Source: Podarcis pityusensis
Lineage: Eukaryota
Assembly (NCBI GenBank): GCA_964106645.2
Contig: OZ067038.1
DNA length: 64,000 nt
Direction: 5' to 3' (one strand)
The first letter of the stretch is position 1; every line of letters starts with the position of its first letter. A program made the translations under genes and the position numbers. The notes beneath the pieces were generated by a model, which saw only the letters and a list, made by a program, of their open reading frames with translations, had not been told where the DNA came from and made no database searches. This document shows positions 25,861 to 39,584 of this stretch, in pieces.

Positions 25861-26019
25861 AACTTTTGAGGAAAGATAGCTTGGAGTGAGCTTTATCTTT
25901 TTTAATAAAGAAAGACGGAACTCTTGAATCGCGGTTTCTCACAAGCATCTAGTTAGCCACTATGAGAACCAGATGCTGGACTAAGCTGGGCCACCGGGCT
26001 CTTCTGTTCTTACGATACA

Positions 26020-26660
26020 CCAAGATCTATGGCCGTGCAAAGAGAGAGATGCATCGAGTGTGCCTGTTTGCTCGCAGGCGAGGTTGGAGAGGCTTCTCCA
26101 AAAATAATCAGCTCCGGTCACCTTTTTTCTGTCCTGCTTGAAAATAAAAGCGCCCGGGGGATTCATCAAAGCCCCATCCACCCGAAAAGGTCTCGAAGAA
26201 ACAGGAGCGGCTAAAGAAGGAAGCGCGTTCTTCTTATCTAGGAGCCTCCGGCCGGGAGACTCGGAGGCAACGCGCGCGGTGCCGAGGACCTGGAAGGAGC
26301 CCGGGCGACGAGCCTGCAGGAATGCCAACTATGCGGAGGCTGCCTGTACCTGCAGCTGCTCCCTTGCTGGTGGCCCCCAGGCCCGCACGGGGAGGAAGAG
26401 AGAGAGAGAGAGCTTCTCCTCCAGCATCCGCGAAGAAAGGAACAGCGCCCGAGAAAAACCATACCTGGGGCGGAGAGGGAAACCAGCTTCACCGCCTCCC
26501 TTCACGCCCCGGTACAAGCAAGTGCAGACCCGCCTGCACTCGCGGGCCGTCTGGGCCTTCGTACCAGCGAGACGCAGAGATGTCTGCCCCCAGGCTACCA
26601 TTTATTTCCATTACAAAACTGCAAGGACAACGAAGCTCTCGGGGAGTTTTTCCAGCTAGT
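26020..26660. promoter_or_regulatory. Second CpG-rich segment upstream of LARGE2 (possible alternative first exon or enhancer)
   Basis: High CpG density; minus-strand donor CAG|GTATGG at 26464. Confidence 0.5.
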
Positions 26661-28269
26661 TTGCAGACCCACCTTTTACGGCTCTAAAGGGAGGTGGGGT
26701 GTTCACTGTACAAAGAAACTAATAACTCCTTTCCAGTTGTCACATTCCCAACCAACATGCATAGAAGGGTACATGTCTGGCCCTAGCCGAGGGTGTGAAC
26801 AATCAGAGGGAAGATATTACAAGCGGTAAAATGTATCTTCTAGTCAAACAGTTTTTGTATGTTGTGGGTAGAGGGGGGAGAAGATGGACAAAGTTTCTTT
26901 TGTGGAATGCATGACTTCTACAGTACAGGCCATTTCTGAGTTTCCCCTCTCCAAGAAATGCAGCAAGAGGAGAGGGTGAAGAATGCTTTTAGGGAAAGGT
27001 CATTAAACGTGCAGCTCTGCTGGAGCCACACATTAGAGATCCGAAGACACCCGTAAGCGTGTGCGCGCACACACACACACGGATAGTAATATGATGGTTT
27101 ACACATGCATCCATAGGCACATAATTTAGTGCAGTAGTTGCAGAATCATGAATATGACTGACAGACGAAAACCCCTTGGCCAACTTTTTTAGGTCACAGA
27201 AATGTGCTCTCCCATGTATACTTGCAAAGTGAAGCAAAGCACCACATATGCACGCGCACACAGAGCTTTTGCACATTAACAAGTACTTTTGCTCCTATCC
27301 ATTACCACCACGTTTTGGAATGTTGCTGTCTATGTCAGGGCCTGTGCTAAGTTAACTCAAAGGCAGAAACAACCCTTAGGAAACGTAAGACAAGACCTTT
27401 CTGTGACGGGTTAGATTTTTTACTTCCCCTATGATCCTCTCTTGTGCCAGACAAAATAGTAGGCTGGCATAAATCACACAAGGAAGAGGGAAATCAAGGG
27501 ACCAGAGGTCTCCCAACTCCTGCACCTTCAGTTCTAAGGAATCCTTTTGTCCCAAGAGAAAATCCTTCTCAAACCTCACCATATTAATTGGCTCCTTTTG
27601 TTATTCCTGGCTGGAATCTATCCTTCCTCAGCAGCTTCTTGCTTGCACTGGGCAAACATTGGCAGCAACAGGATGAGGAGCTTCCCAATAATGGCATTCT
27701 TTGTTACCAACTTACTATTAGAAGGATGTAGATGAAACTGTTCACAGCATGTGACTGTTTTTGCTGCCCTACAGCCAACAGCCCCTCACTTCACTTCATG
27801 GGCTCTTTATAGCATGCAGCCACAAAAGGCAGGTAGCCTTAAAAAAAACACCTCAAATCTCTATTTGTTATTGATATTATGCTACTTAGGTGGGGGGGGG
27901 TGCATGTGTGCGTGTGTACACACAGAAACACACACCCCACAGATCAGTTTTGGAGCATTTTTTTCCCATATTCTGAAAGTGTTTTGTTCATCCACACCAA
28001 ATTACAGAGCCAGACATGTCTTGGGAGGCTGCCTTTTGCTCTTCCCTGTTCAATACTATACAAAGTGAACGCTTATTGGAAAACTGAGGCATTGAAATCA
28101 TGCAGCAGCACAACACCATCCAGAAAACCTTCCCTATAAACTAACAGGATCAGGGCACATATCTCATGCCTAAATTCACACCACTGCAAGTACCAAAAAT
28201 TGAAGTATTCCATCAATTGGGGGAGGGCCAGAATTTGCTTTTACAGTTCAAGTCTATTGCGCTAAAGCT

Positions 28270-28695
28270 AAGAATACAAGATGAGCCCTGCAGGAGCAGA
28301 GCAAAGGCCTATCTGGTCCAGCATTCTGTTGTCATAGTGGTCAACCAATGCCTGTGGGACTGCTCCGGCGGGAAGGTAAACGGTGTTTCCATGCGCTGCT
28401 CTGGTTTGCCAGAAGTGGCTTAGTCATGCTGGCCACATGACCCAGAAGCTGTACGCCGGCTCCCTCGGCCAATAAAGCAAGATGAGCGACGTAACCCCAG
28501 AGTCGTCCGCGACTGGACCTAATGGTCAGGGGTCCCTTTACCTTTTTAACGCTTGCAAGCAGGACATGAGAGTAATACTCCTCTCCCACTCATGTTCCCC
28601 AAGAACTGGTAATCAGAGACATACTGCCTCTGACATTGGAGCTGATATATAGTCATTATGCCTGGTAACTATTGATAGCCTTATTCTCCATAAAC
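28270..28695 (-). mobile_element. CR1 3' fragment interrupted by a Sauria SINE
   Basis: GAGCCCTGC...ATCTGGTCCAGCATTCTG...TGTGGGA, then the SINE, then GCAAGCAGGAC...TTGATAGCCTTATTCTCCAT. Confidence 0.7.
28360..28546 (+). mobile_element. Sauria SINE, 5'-truncated
   Basis: GCTCCGGCGGGAAGGTAAACGG...GACTGGACCTAATGGTCAGGGGTCCCTTTACCTTT; near-identical to 40232-40424. Confidence 0.88.
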
Positions 28696-30483
28696 AGCAG
28701 AGTAGTTAAAAGCAACACATTTTGACTAATTTTGACTCCTGTATTTTTTGTAAGCTTAAAATAGCAGGACGATTGCTACTGACATCTACAGGTGCCAGCT
28801 TCTCAACTAGAAGCAGTAGGTGGACGCAGGCAGCCTACCAGTTCCCTTCACCTTCATCCCTCCAAGGCAAGGGAAGAAGGTTGGCCAAGTGAGTAACTAG
28901 TGGAAAAAACAGGGGGAGGGAGGCACAGCAGCTGCTTTCTCTTTTAGAGCCTCCCTTAAAGAGACAGGCATAATTTCTGCTTTGAGCACCAAGCAACCTT
29001 AGCTTCTTAGACATATTTGCAGGGCACATGGAACGCTTAGACTACAGTCATGACATCTAGAAACCACTTATTTTAAATAATCACATGTGAACCACACTGG
29101 GTCTAAAGAAAAGTTGTCTAAGGAAAGGAGATGTAGACTTTAGCTTTTCAACAGGATGCTCCCATTTTTCTATACCTAGGCTTGCCCCCAACTCTGCTTG
29201 AAGGTCTATCATTTCCCTTCCCACATTCATCTTGGGACATCATGGCTGGCTGGGTTCCCATGCCATTTTACCTTGTGCTGCCTGGAGAGGATTGCAGTTC
29301 CTCCCATTAATTTGCAGTGCTGTAATGGGATACGTTCCACAAGGGCAGTTCCTTCTACTTCCGTACTCTTAGAGAATGAAAAGAACAATCAGTGCTGAGA
29401 TTTTGCAAGTCTACTTGGAACTTGCACCCCTGTCTCTAAAATGCTTTCGGTCATGTAGACCTCCTCAATAAATGACTCCTCCTACATTCAGCTTCTGTGC
29501 TTACTCACACCATAATCATTCTTCCTGCATTTGGGCGGGGAGGGGGGCAGGGGGAGAGCACCTAGAATATGTATGCTCATGACCTCAAATAGCTCAGACT
29601 ATGCAGAGGCTAACTTTGTGCCTTGCAATTACGCAGCACACCAACAACATTCCAAAATGCCACTCCAGGTGGAAATTATGCACACATTTAGTGCTGTGGT
29701 TTGAAGGGCACAAACGATGGTTCGTAACAACCAGAACTGGTGACTGCTCCCGAAAATATAATACTGGAAATCACCTTGGAATTTAACCTGCCCACAGAAT
29801 CCCAAATTGTTAAAAAATATAACTGACATTCATGATACGTGAGACAAAAGATGGATAACAGCCACAGTTGGCGTTCACATATTTGCAAATGGACTGGCAT
29901 GAATACACAATGCCAGCTGCCCACCCAGTGTCCTCTTTAGGCGGAGTTATTTCTGGCACTGTAGTAACAGTAGCAATACACAAGTCTCCTGTCTGCCTAA
30001 GGAGAAGCAACCACACTAAAAATAGGGAAATCTCTATGATTGGGCATGAGGAAAGGTGGTTAAAGCTATCTGCATAGCTCTCCAGTACTTTGCTGGCCAA
30101 GACCATTGGCTGTTTCACCGACAGTGACAGATATGCACACTATATATAGGGGTAGGCACTGCAAGCCTCTAAGTGAGCAGGGGAGAGGATATGCAAAACC
30201 TGGGTCCTGCTAGACCAAGCGTGGCTTCCACGCCAGAAAACTGGAACAAAGAGCAGAAGTGCTTGGTAGAGACTGGGTTGCAGGAGGTGTGGTTTAAAAT
30301 TTTAAGCTTCAAAATTCTTGATCCTGAACAGAGGTATGCACTCTTTATAGTAGCACCATGAGATCCACTCTCTCAACAGTATATTGAGAAAGAGGCGCAG
30401 GGGTTTTCCTCCCTGCCCCCAATCAACTGGTATAAAATTTTTATGAAATAAATAAAAATAAATTGTGCTTGAGGGGATTAGGC

Positions 30484-30787
30484 CAGGATGGGAAACCTCA
30501 GGCTAGGAACCAAATGTGGCCCCCCAGGACTCCGTATCAGGCTACACCTGGCCCTCATGAAGTTATTGGGTGTTTCTGCCTGGCTAGAATTGTCATTGAA
30601 CGCTGCTAATGCCTCTTATTTGCCTAGATGAAGGACAGAGCGTGTATGTAGACACTAGCCTACTGCACAAAGGTAACGTCTGCACATTTGTTTTGCCCAC
30701 TTTTGCTCTGGCCCACCCACTATTGGCAGGTCGCCTTCAGAAGGCTGCCCAGGTAGCCCACAGCCTGAAAAAGGCTCCCCAGCTCTG
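30484..30787. mobile_element. Degraded hAT-like non-autonomous element
   Basis: CAGGATGGGAAACCT...AGGCTCCCCAGCTCTG resemble hAT TIRs. Confidence 0.45.
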
Positions 30788-31660
30788 GATTAGACAAGTT
30801 AATCCTACCATAAGAAACATCCCTGGAATCAGTGATAAAGAGATTCACAATGAAAATGCTTAGTACAGTAGTAGCTGAGACGAAGTTATACAACATCATA
30901 TTTTAAATATGTGTCTGGAGAAGCAGAGTTGTATTTCTATTGCACCTCTATCCAAAAGAGATCTGTAACTCTGACAAAAGAGCCACGAATAATCACATTT
31001 CCTGCTAGAAGCAAGATATAGCAAAGTATCAGATGAAGAATTATCTTAGTGCACGGGACAAACAGTGACAAGTATTGCAACTGAGAATCTACAACCTTTT
31101 CTTAAAAGAACCCACTGAGTTCTGCAGTGTCTGGTTAGTTAGAAAGGAAGAGCAAATAGATTATAACAGGTTATGACATCGACCGATTAAAAATATATAT
31201 ATTTATTTTAATGTATTTAAAATAAAGTACTGCATTAATGAATTTCATTGTTTATTGTTTGCTTACTTACATTTGAATGCATCCATGGATGGTTGATTAG
31301 ATTTTCAAATTGTAAGCCACCTTGAGGACTTTTGTCAAAGCAGAATATGAACTTAAAAGAATAATAAGAATAGCTCACAGTGACAAGTAGTCCACAAGAG
31401 GACTAAGACTCACTCCATATTCATAATATTCATAATAAAAATGTTACAATTTTTCACAGGCTTCCTCATTCTATTGCATTGTTCTCAGAGTTTCTGCAAA
31501 AGTTGATGGGGTGTTGTTGTTTTTTCCCAAGGGGGTTGTTGGCAAGGAGAAGCTTAATGGCAGTGTTAGAGTAGTATGTGCAAGCTGGGGGCAGCAGATG
31601 CATATGATTAGGGCAATATGACCCCAATCCACAAAGGAAAGGAGGAATTTAACAACCCAA

Positions 31661-31832
31661 AGGCAACCCAAACACCATAAATTTAAGGCACATGTAAAAA
31701 ACTCTACCCCAAAGAATCCTGGGAACTGTAGCTTAAGGATTCTGGGAACTGTAGCTCTGTGAGGGAGTAAGCTACAGTTCCCAGGATTCTTTGCGGTAGG
31801 GAAATGTGCTTTGAATGTATGGTGTGTGTATA
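31661..31832. mobile_element. Palindromic squamate MITE (AGAATCCTGGGAACTGTAG family)
   Basis: Inverted repeat CAAAGAATCCTGGGAACTGTAGCTTA/TAAGCTACAGTTCCCAGGATTCTTTG. Confidence 0.65.
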
Positions 31833-34800
31833 AAGTCAGACTCTGTTGCTTTACATTGCAATCCTTTTGCATTCTATTCCTTCCTATTTCTACCTGTATC
31901 TACACAAACCCAATTAGAGCTGGGAGGAAAATACAAGATTCTCCGGTATCTCCCAGTTACACATACCATAATCCACATGCGTGGAATTGCAACTTTTGTA
32001 GTACGGTGGGATGGAGGTCTTTGCGCATGGGGGAGCTAGTATGCCAGAAAGAAACTCTTCCAATTTATCCCTGCTTGCAGCACGAAGAGCTCATTCCCTG
32101 ACGCTGGACAGTCCTCACAGACAACCACAGGGGCATGTTGCTGAACAAGAAATAGAGAGAATGGAGGAGTGGGGAATTAATAGCAGAAAGCAAAGATGAT
32201 CATAAATCCAAATTAAGTGTTGATGGAATCACAAACCACAACTGACTGGCCTATGCATTTTACAACCCGCTGAGCTGATTTATTCCGGACTGGACTGTCA
32301 AGCCCAGAGGTTAGGCTGTGAAACAAATGGGGAAACAAACCCATGGTGAGGAAGAGAATCTCTTCTTCCTTCAATGAGATTTGAAACGGAAAGCTCTCTA
32401 TAAAAAGGAAAGCACTCCAGTGCCCCCTCATACTGATCAATAGCCCCAAGGTCTGCGTGGGCCTTATCTGGCCTGTAACTGCATAGGTCTCACATGATCA
32501 AGGGTGCAATCCCACACAGAGTTTCCTAGGCACGAGTCCCATTGAACACAGCACTTCTAAATGCATAAAAGGACTGAACTGCAAACTAGTAAACGGACGT
32601 CCCTTTGTGTGGTCAACTAATGCAAGGTTCTCCATGAAGAGAGATTCTTTACTGAAATGGAGACTTGTGAACGGTAAGTGAATTGCCCTTGTGCTCTAAA
32701 GGATGAATCATAAAAAAAGAAGTCCAAATAAATGAGATTACAGCTTGGGTTGTTGTTTTGTCAGCAAGCTCTTATTCTTTGCTGCATTTTACTAGGTGAA
32801 ATGGCATTTTGTAAGAGTTTGTTTCTGTTGCATATAAACGTTCTGTTATTGTCATTGCTGTTAGATACCCTGAGTGTGGGATGGGTGATATAGAAATTGC
32901 TTAGTAAACAGTCATCCTCTGCAGGTTCATTTAAGACACACTTCCCCAATCTGTGTGCATTCTTTCTAGCAGTTTCTTTTGATAGGGAGAACGCGCACTT
33001 ATGAAGAGTGAGAGGTCAGCATTCTTCTTGCTTTTTATCTACACCAAATGCACAAAAAATTGGGAAATGAGCACCACAATGGGCTTGCTTATATTTGCCT
33101 TCAATACTGGGACTATGACATGCAGGATCTGGACTAGTAATACAACACACCACTATTATAACACACTAGACTCATCTGTTTAACAAGCAAAAAGCGTTTA
33201 CTATTCTTTCATCCAAGATGGTCCCATTTTTTCATTCTACCTGTTGGGAAATACTTAACTTCCATAAGAGCAGAAGGTTCCTAATACTTCCACAAAAAAA
33301 TCATTTAGCAGCAGAACAGGAATGTGCATTTTGAATAGCTCTATTAAAACCTTTGATAGCATGGTTGACATTAGATTTCTAATATTTGGAGAACTAGGTG
33401 CTTGGAAAGGATTAAGTGGAGACGGATCTTTCAAGGCTAGTTAAAACTCTTTTTGCATTTGAGTAGTCTGCTCTCCAAGAATAGGAGAATATGGAGGTCC
33501 AAATAGGGCACTAAAAGCATAAATGCTCATTAAGCACTTTTAAAAGCTCTGTAAATTAAACCATTACAAAGTCTTGTGGCACCTTAAAGACTAGCAGATT
33601 CATCGTGACGCCCCCCCACCAAAAAAACACACCTTTCATGGTGTAAAGTCTATCTAACACATGAAGTGTTATCCTCAGATAGCCCATGCAGAGAAAAATA
33701 CAGTGGACAGTGGAATCAAATGACTAGGAAACACAAAAAGTACAGTGTGACACACTTAAAATGCCAATTATTTTAGTGGAGGCGCTGAAAAGATTTTGGA
33801 CAGGTCATCCTACTTCTAAATAGGCTGTTATGGTTTCCTAATGTTCCCTAGCAGAGAATAAAAATAAAAAGCTCACCAACTGCCATTTAAAAACTCCCCT
33901 TTAACACTGCCTTCCTCGACCCCCATTTCCCATGCAGAATATGTTTGGAATGAAAGGTGGGGCTGAATTAGAATGGGGGAAAGATCTGATCAGACAGCAC
34001 TGGAGGGAGGTCTGCAGAGTCCCCCAGCCTCTGCTTTGTGTGTAAGCCAAGTTGCCTTCTGTGATAACAATTCACCTGCACTGCTGTGCTAACCAAGTGA
34101 GGTTCCTGAGGTGAAGGTGTGCTGCACAGAAGGCAAATTGTTGGTGAGGGGAAGAGAACTCTTACTGAGTTCTGTGTAGAATAATCCTCAGTGGCAGACA
34201 TAAGGACTCTGCGCCTAGCTGAAAAGGACAGGAGGGCTTTTATGTTACAGGCAAGAAAGGGCACCAACGCCCATTCAAACGAAGTAATGAAAATAGTGGC
34301 AATTCAAAATCCATTAGGGGCTTCGCACTTTGTTCCCTTTCCCCTGTCAGTAAAAAAAACACACACTGCTCTTAGTACTCCACATTTCTAGCTCTTGCCA
34401 GAAATAATTACAGTAGTCTGTGCCTCAAGACAACTTTGAGTCCACAAGGTCAGAATCAGAGCATCACTCAGCAGTTTTCGCAAGCATTACAGAAAATCCA
34501 GGCGGAAACCTTAAAAAAAACCACCCATGTCACCCAGTTCCAGAGCAGAGGCCTTGCCTTCTTAAAGGAAAGGGTTTTGCCACCAATTTTGACCACTTCC
34601 CCCACTTCAGCTCTTGTGGAATAATAGGGGGATCAGAATGTCTTCAACATCTCTCTCTCCCAGGGTCAATCCAGTTCTTACGCTCCTTTCTTCTTGCCAT
34701 CCCTTTTATTTCAAAGTTCAATAAACAGGAAGAAAAGGGAAAGGGTCTTGACAAATCCCATCAAGGCTCAGGAAAAACCAAGCCTGCCTCCAGCTGACAT

Positions 34801-35343
34801 ACCAGGCCCTGCACTAATGAGAGGTAAGGAGGCACCTAAGAAGAACAGGCAACAGCAAAGAGAAGGAGAAATGAATTATTCACATTGCATGCAGTAGACA
34901 GCTGCACAAATCACACACTTTCCACACCTAAAAGGGACAAGCACCAGATCCTTGCAGGTCCCCATGCTTGACCAGGGCTTCTACATCTTGCATCCCAAGA
35001 GAGGCAGCCCAGAGGCCAACAGATGCATCCAGTCAAGAATGGAATTTGCAGCTGAAAGGCTTTTGTGCAAGGGATGCACAATAGCCAGGCCAGTACAGGG
35101 GAGGGTCAGAGTTAACTCTTTGATCACCACAGCCCCAGAGGGCAAAAAAGAAAGGAACAGCCTGTAGTTGCCACTCTTTCTAAAATGGCACATATGTTAT
35201 CATGCATATTCAATCTAATCACTGATCACAGCAGGCCTCTAGTATTATTCAAGCAAAAAGAATACGTGTTCCTAGAACTGAGAGCTCCAGCAAGCAGTGA
35301 AAAAGCTCATCCCCATCCCATCTCTATAGCATAACACCAAATA

Positions 35344-35560
35344 CAGTCGTACCTTGGATCCTGAACGCCTTGCAAGTTGAATGTTTTGGCTCCCAAACAC
35401 CACAAACCCAGAAGTGAGTGTTCTGGTTTGCGAACGTTCTTTGGAACCTGAACGTCTGACGTTCCTTCAGCCAATTGGAAGCCACACCTTGGTTTCCGAA
35501 CATTTTGGAAGTTGAACAGACTTCCGGAACAGATTCCATTCAACTTCCAAGGTACCACTG
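35344..35560. mobile_element. Tc1/mariner MITE, family B
   Basis: TIR CAGTCGTACCTTGG...CCAAGGTACCACTG; TA TSD; an inverted relative lies at 39209. Confidence 0.85.
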
Positions 35561-36367
35561 TAACCTTTTTTTATCCTGTATGAGAATGAAAAACCAACCT
35601 TGACAATACACACCACAGTGCCTGGGGTGCAAAGGAGACCAACAAAGTGGATGAACTGCTGCGAGGGTTCTTGTCCATCTATAGATAGTGGAGAGTAGAC
35701 ATGGTCCCACAGTCACCAGGATAAATGAGCTCCAGAAGAAGAGTCAGTGTCCATTGTTCAAGAGCACCTGAAACAGCACAGAGAGGCTGAACAAGGGTCA
35801 AAGTACAGGTGATACATATTCCTCCCCTTTTTACCTTCTCCCGGCCCCTTAAGGAGCTACCTGTTACTTCAGTGTAGAAGATTACCTACATTCAAATTAT
35901 TTGGTACTCAGAACTGCACCTCAGTTGTATTTATACAACTATTTCTATACTGCCATACCATAAAGCAGGACAGTGCTCATAATAAAGAGACAATGAAAAA
36001 GAATGATATGTTTTATCACAATAGGAAGCTCAAGCTGCCATCAGAAAAATAAACAAAACATTTGCTACTCAGGATTGATTCACATGACCCCATTTACTCA
36101 GTATGTCTAGGGAATTGTGTTAATTTTGGTACATGGGAGCCCCAGCTTTCCAGCAGGTGGAAATTTTGACCGAAAATATTGCTCTTATGGGCAACAGAGG
36201 TTTTAGCAACCTCACTGTAAGAAGAAGGGTAGCACAAGGCCCCCATTCAGCCCATATTTTGTTACGTTTCAGAGAGAAACTAATCAAACTTGCAGCACAT
36301 TAAAAGAGGTCGGTGCTATGACAGAAAATGAACATTGCTGTGATGGCTCACACTGGTTTTACAACTA

Positions 36368-36598
36368 CAGTGGTACCTTGGGTTACAGACGCTTCAGGTT
36401 GCAGAAGCTTCAGGTTACAGACTCCACTAACCCAGAAATAGTACCTCAGGTTAAGAACTTTGCTTCAGGATGAGAACAGAAATTGCACGGTGGCAGTGGG
36501 AGGCCCCATTAGCTAACATGGTACCTCAGGTTAAGAACAGTTTCAGGTTAAGAACGGACCTCCGGAACGAATTAAGTTCTTAACCCGAGGTACCACTG
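36368..36598. mobile_element. Tc1/mariner MITE, family A
   Basis: TIR CAGTGGTACCTTGGGTTA...TAACCCGAGGTACCACTG; TA TSD; similar to the 17036 copy. Confidence 0.88.
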
Positions 36599-37640
36599 TA
36601 CACTGTAAAATTACACTACCAGCAGAATGGGATAGGATGCCCATATTTTGGTTTCCCCCCTTGAAGAGCCAGCTGCCAAGGGAGTGAATGTCAATGGGAG
36701 ACTTGTCAGCGTAACAGTGCAATCCTATTTCTACTCAGAAGTGAGTCTCATTGTGCTGAATGGGCCTTACACCCAGGGAAGTGTGTATGAGATCCCAGCC
36801 AAAGGCCCACTGAACACAACAGAATTGTATTTCTAATGTATTGTATAGGATAGGATATGCTGCAAGTATCTTGCCCAGTAGGAGATATGTGAAATTTAAC
36901 CATCAAACCTGAGCCCTGGGCTCATTAGAGATAATTTTAACAGGAAAAGGTATCACCTTTGATTTCTTAGTGGGAATTGGTTTTGAATGCAGTTTGAAAA
37001 GAATTCATGCTATTATGAATTTTAGAATTCCAAGGTCAGGCTCTGAAAGGAGTTTTTCCTTTGACCCAGCAGCTTACACACCTTGGGTAATTTGTATTTT
37101 TCTGAATTGTCATATAGAAAGGGTGGCAACTCTCAGGTAGGCTTGTAGGTCATATGTTATTTTGTCATTATAATAGAAATCCAGTATCTCTAAACCTTTC
37201 TCGGTAGTCACCTGAAGGCTCTTCTTCTAAGCTTTCGTACTACATTAAAATAGCACGAGTTCTGCAACGTTTCTGAAATGTCTTGACAGAGCTCACAAGG
37301 AACGTTATTGCCATTGCAAGATTATACTTTGAATTGGAAAGCCAGTGCACTCTCACTCACTCTCTCAAATGTGCTTGCTAATAAGTGTCCCACTGTTATC
37401 GTTTCAAGTGGCAGGCAAGTGTGCCCTTTTGTGAACAGCTGTACTCATTGCTTCAGTGTTTAACTTTGTTATGTGTGATAGCAAATGTGGCAAGAAATGT
37501 CCGGGATTAAAATAAATAGTACTGAGACAACCAGGCGGAACATGAAAAGAAGTGTGATTAATGCCACCGCACACACATTTTTAGGCTGCCAGAAGCTGCC
37601 TAAAATAAAAACAAACCAAATGTTTCTAGCCCCATACACA

Positions 37641-37760
37641 TGGTGCTGATAACGCCAAGGTTGCAGGTTCGATCCCCATATGGGACAGCTGCGTATTCCT
37701 GCATTGCAGGGGGTTGCACTAGATGATTCTCAGGGTCCCTTCCAACTCTACAATTCTATG
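37641..37760 (+). mobile_element. tRNA-Ile-derived SINE with a CR1 tail (5'-truncated)
   Basis: TGGTGCTGATAACGCCAAGGTTGCAGGTTCGATCCCC resembles the tRNA-Ile anticodon and T arms; the tail matches the CR1 ends at 15735 and 17770. Confidence 0.8.
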
Positions 37761-39208
37761 TCCACAGATGCACCCAGCAGCACTGTGGGAAATGGCTGCT
37801 CTAAAACACTCAACGTTTTGCTGAGGCACGGTAAATGCAAAAGAAAATAATGAAGAGAAAATATTTACAAGAGGCACAAAACAGTATGTTAGTAAGCCAT
37901 CCTTCTTCGCCAGCTTCCACATGCACAGCGTTACCAGAGAATTCTTTGTCTTCAAGCTGAAATCTCTGCCTAGCAAGAAGATTTAATTCCTGTTCTCAGA
38001 ACAGGTTTGTCAAGCACAGTGCATATTCCCACTTGAAGAAGTTATTAAGCATTTATACAAGCTCAAATTATAACATTTGCTGCAAATGCTGCCAATACCA
38101 ACAGGAATTTACTTGCTAAGGCATCGCAGTCAGTCCAAGCTGGGTAGGACACAGAAGAACAGGGAACAGACATTTTGTGAGGAGCATTGCATTTACTCAT
38201 TTCCACCATGACAATTACTTTTAATACACAGTTGTATTCTAGCTAGAAAGCTTCCAGTGGGAGGATTACCCTTGAGTATGTTTAATACCACCCCAATAAT
38301 TATCTTTCTAAAAACATGGATGTAAGATTTAAAAATGATATTCTTCACATCAGTTTCTTGACTCTATGAACCATTTGCTTAGCATTTTAGCTATTACATG
38401 CAGAAAAACCCACAGCCTGACTAAATAGCCACTTTCCTGTTAGGCTGCTGTGTAAGAGAAGATGACACAACCTGCCAGGGCTTGAACAACTAAGTATGCT
38501 CTTTGGAAAAAATCAAACAATTGCACCATTCACCTGGAAACTGCAGGAACAGCAAAACCTTACGGTAAACTTGTGTGTTTTGGCATTTTAGGTTTAGAAA
38601 AGCTCTAACCCCATAGCTGGATTGCTCAAGTCGGAATGCAAGCTCAGCAGCAGTACAGGAAAGAAACCCAATATAAAAGGTGATGCCTTTGGGAAGTACT
38701 GGAAGCAGCATCACACAATAAAAGTGTTAAAGGAATCAGTGGAACACAAATTTTACAGAGGCATTTCACAACACACAGCATCCAATATAGTCTAGTAAAA
38801 ATAAGGCTGAGATAAAATAAATCATTTTTACGATAACATTTAAGCTAGCACAAGTAGCAACATACTAATAGCTGCAATGTCCAGTTTGATGCAAAATGAG
38901 GCTATTCTCCGTCACAAGTTGCTACTGGAAGTGCCTGAAAATAGAAACAGTTGAAAACTAACAGGCACTGAGGCTGCAGTATCTCAATTTCTATAAGGTC
39001 AAATAGGTTTCCTTAAGGTCAAATAGGTCCCCTTATTTGATTTATTTTTATTATATATCTTCTCTTCTTCCTAAAGGAGGAAATGATTTTAAAATATTTA
39101 ACAGGAGCATTTGTACCTTTAGTACAGCACTCATGAAGAGAAACCTCTCTAATGCTTTTAACCCAAATACGTATTGTAAATTTCCTTCACTATACCAGCA
39201 TCGACATA

Positions 39209-39459
39209 CAGTCGTACCTTGGTTCTTGAACAGAATCCGTGCTGGAAGTCCATTCGACTTCTGAAAATGTTCAAAAGCCAAGGTGTGGCTTTCGATTGGC
39301 TGCAGGAGCTTCCTGCATTCAATCGGAAGCCACGGAAGCAGCATCAGATGTTTGGGTTCCAAAGAACATTCGCAAACCGGAACACTCACTTCTGGGTTTG
39401 TGGCGTTCGGGAGCCAAAACATTTGAGTCACAAGGCGTTTGAGAACCAAGGTACGACTG
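39209..39459. mobile_element. Tc1/mariner MITE, family B
   Basis: Perfect TIR CAGTCGTACCTTGGTTCT...AGAACCAAGGTACGACTG; TA TSD. Confidence 0.88.
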
Positions 39460-39584
39460 TACGGTATGTTGTTGTTTAACAGTCATTATCATAACCTGCT
39501 ATCACATAGTCACACCCAGCCCAGCACTTTGTTTGGGTTCAAGTTGTGCTCAAGCAAGGTGCCTCAGGCCAATAGCAGCCAATA

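Noticed and set aside
24508-26687. Long ORFs (up to 227 aa) over the LARGE2 CpG islands
   Set aside because: GC-rich, stop-poor sequence gives overlapping ORFs on both strands; low-complexity R/P/G/A composition and no recognisable domain.
37641-37690. Functional tRNA-Ile gene
   Set aside because: Lacks the 5' acceptor strand, D arm and A box, and runs directly into a CR1 tail.
38994-39033. 20-bp tandem duplication TAAGGTCAAATAGGT(T/C)(T/C)CCT (also an 18-bp duplication at ~62071-62107)
   Set aside because: Ordinary slippage duplications; the AGGTCA half-sites are not supported as a nuclear-receptor element without conservation data.
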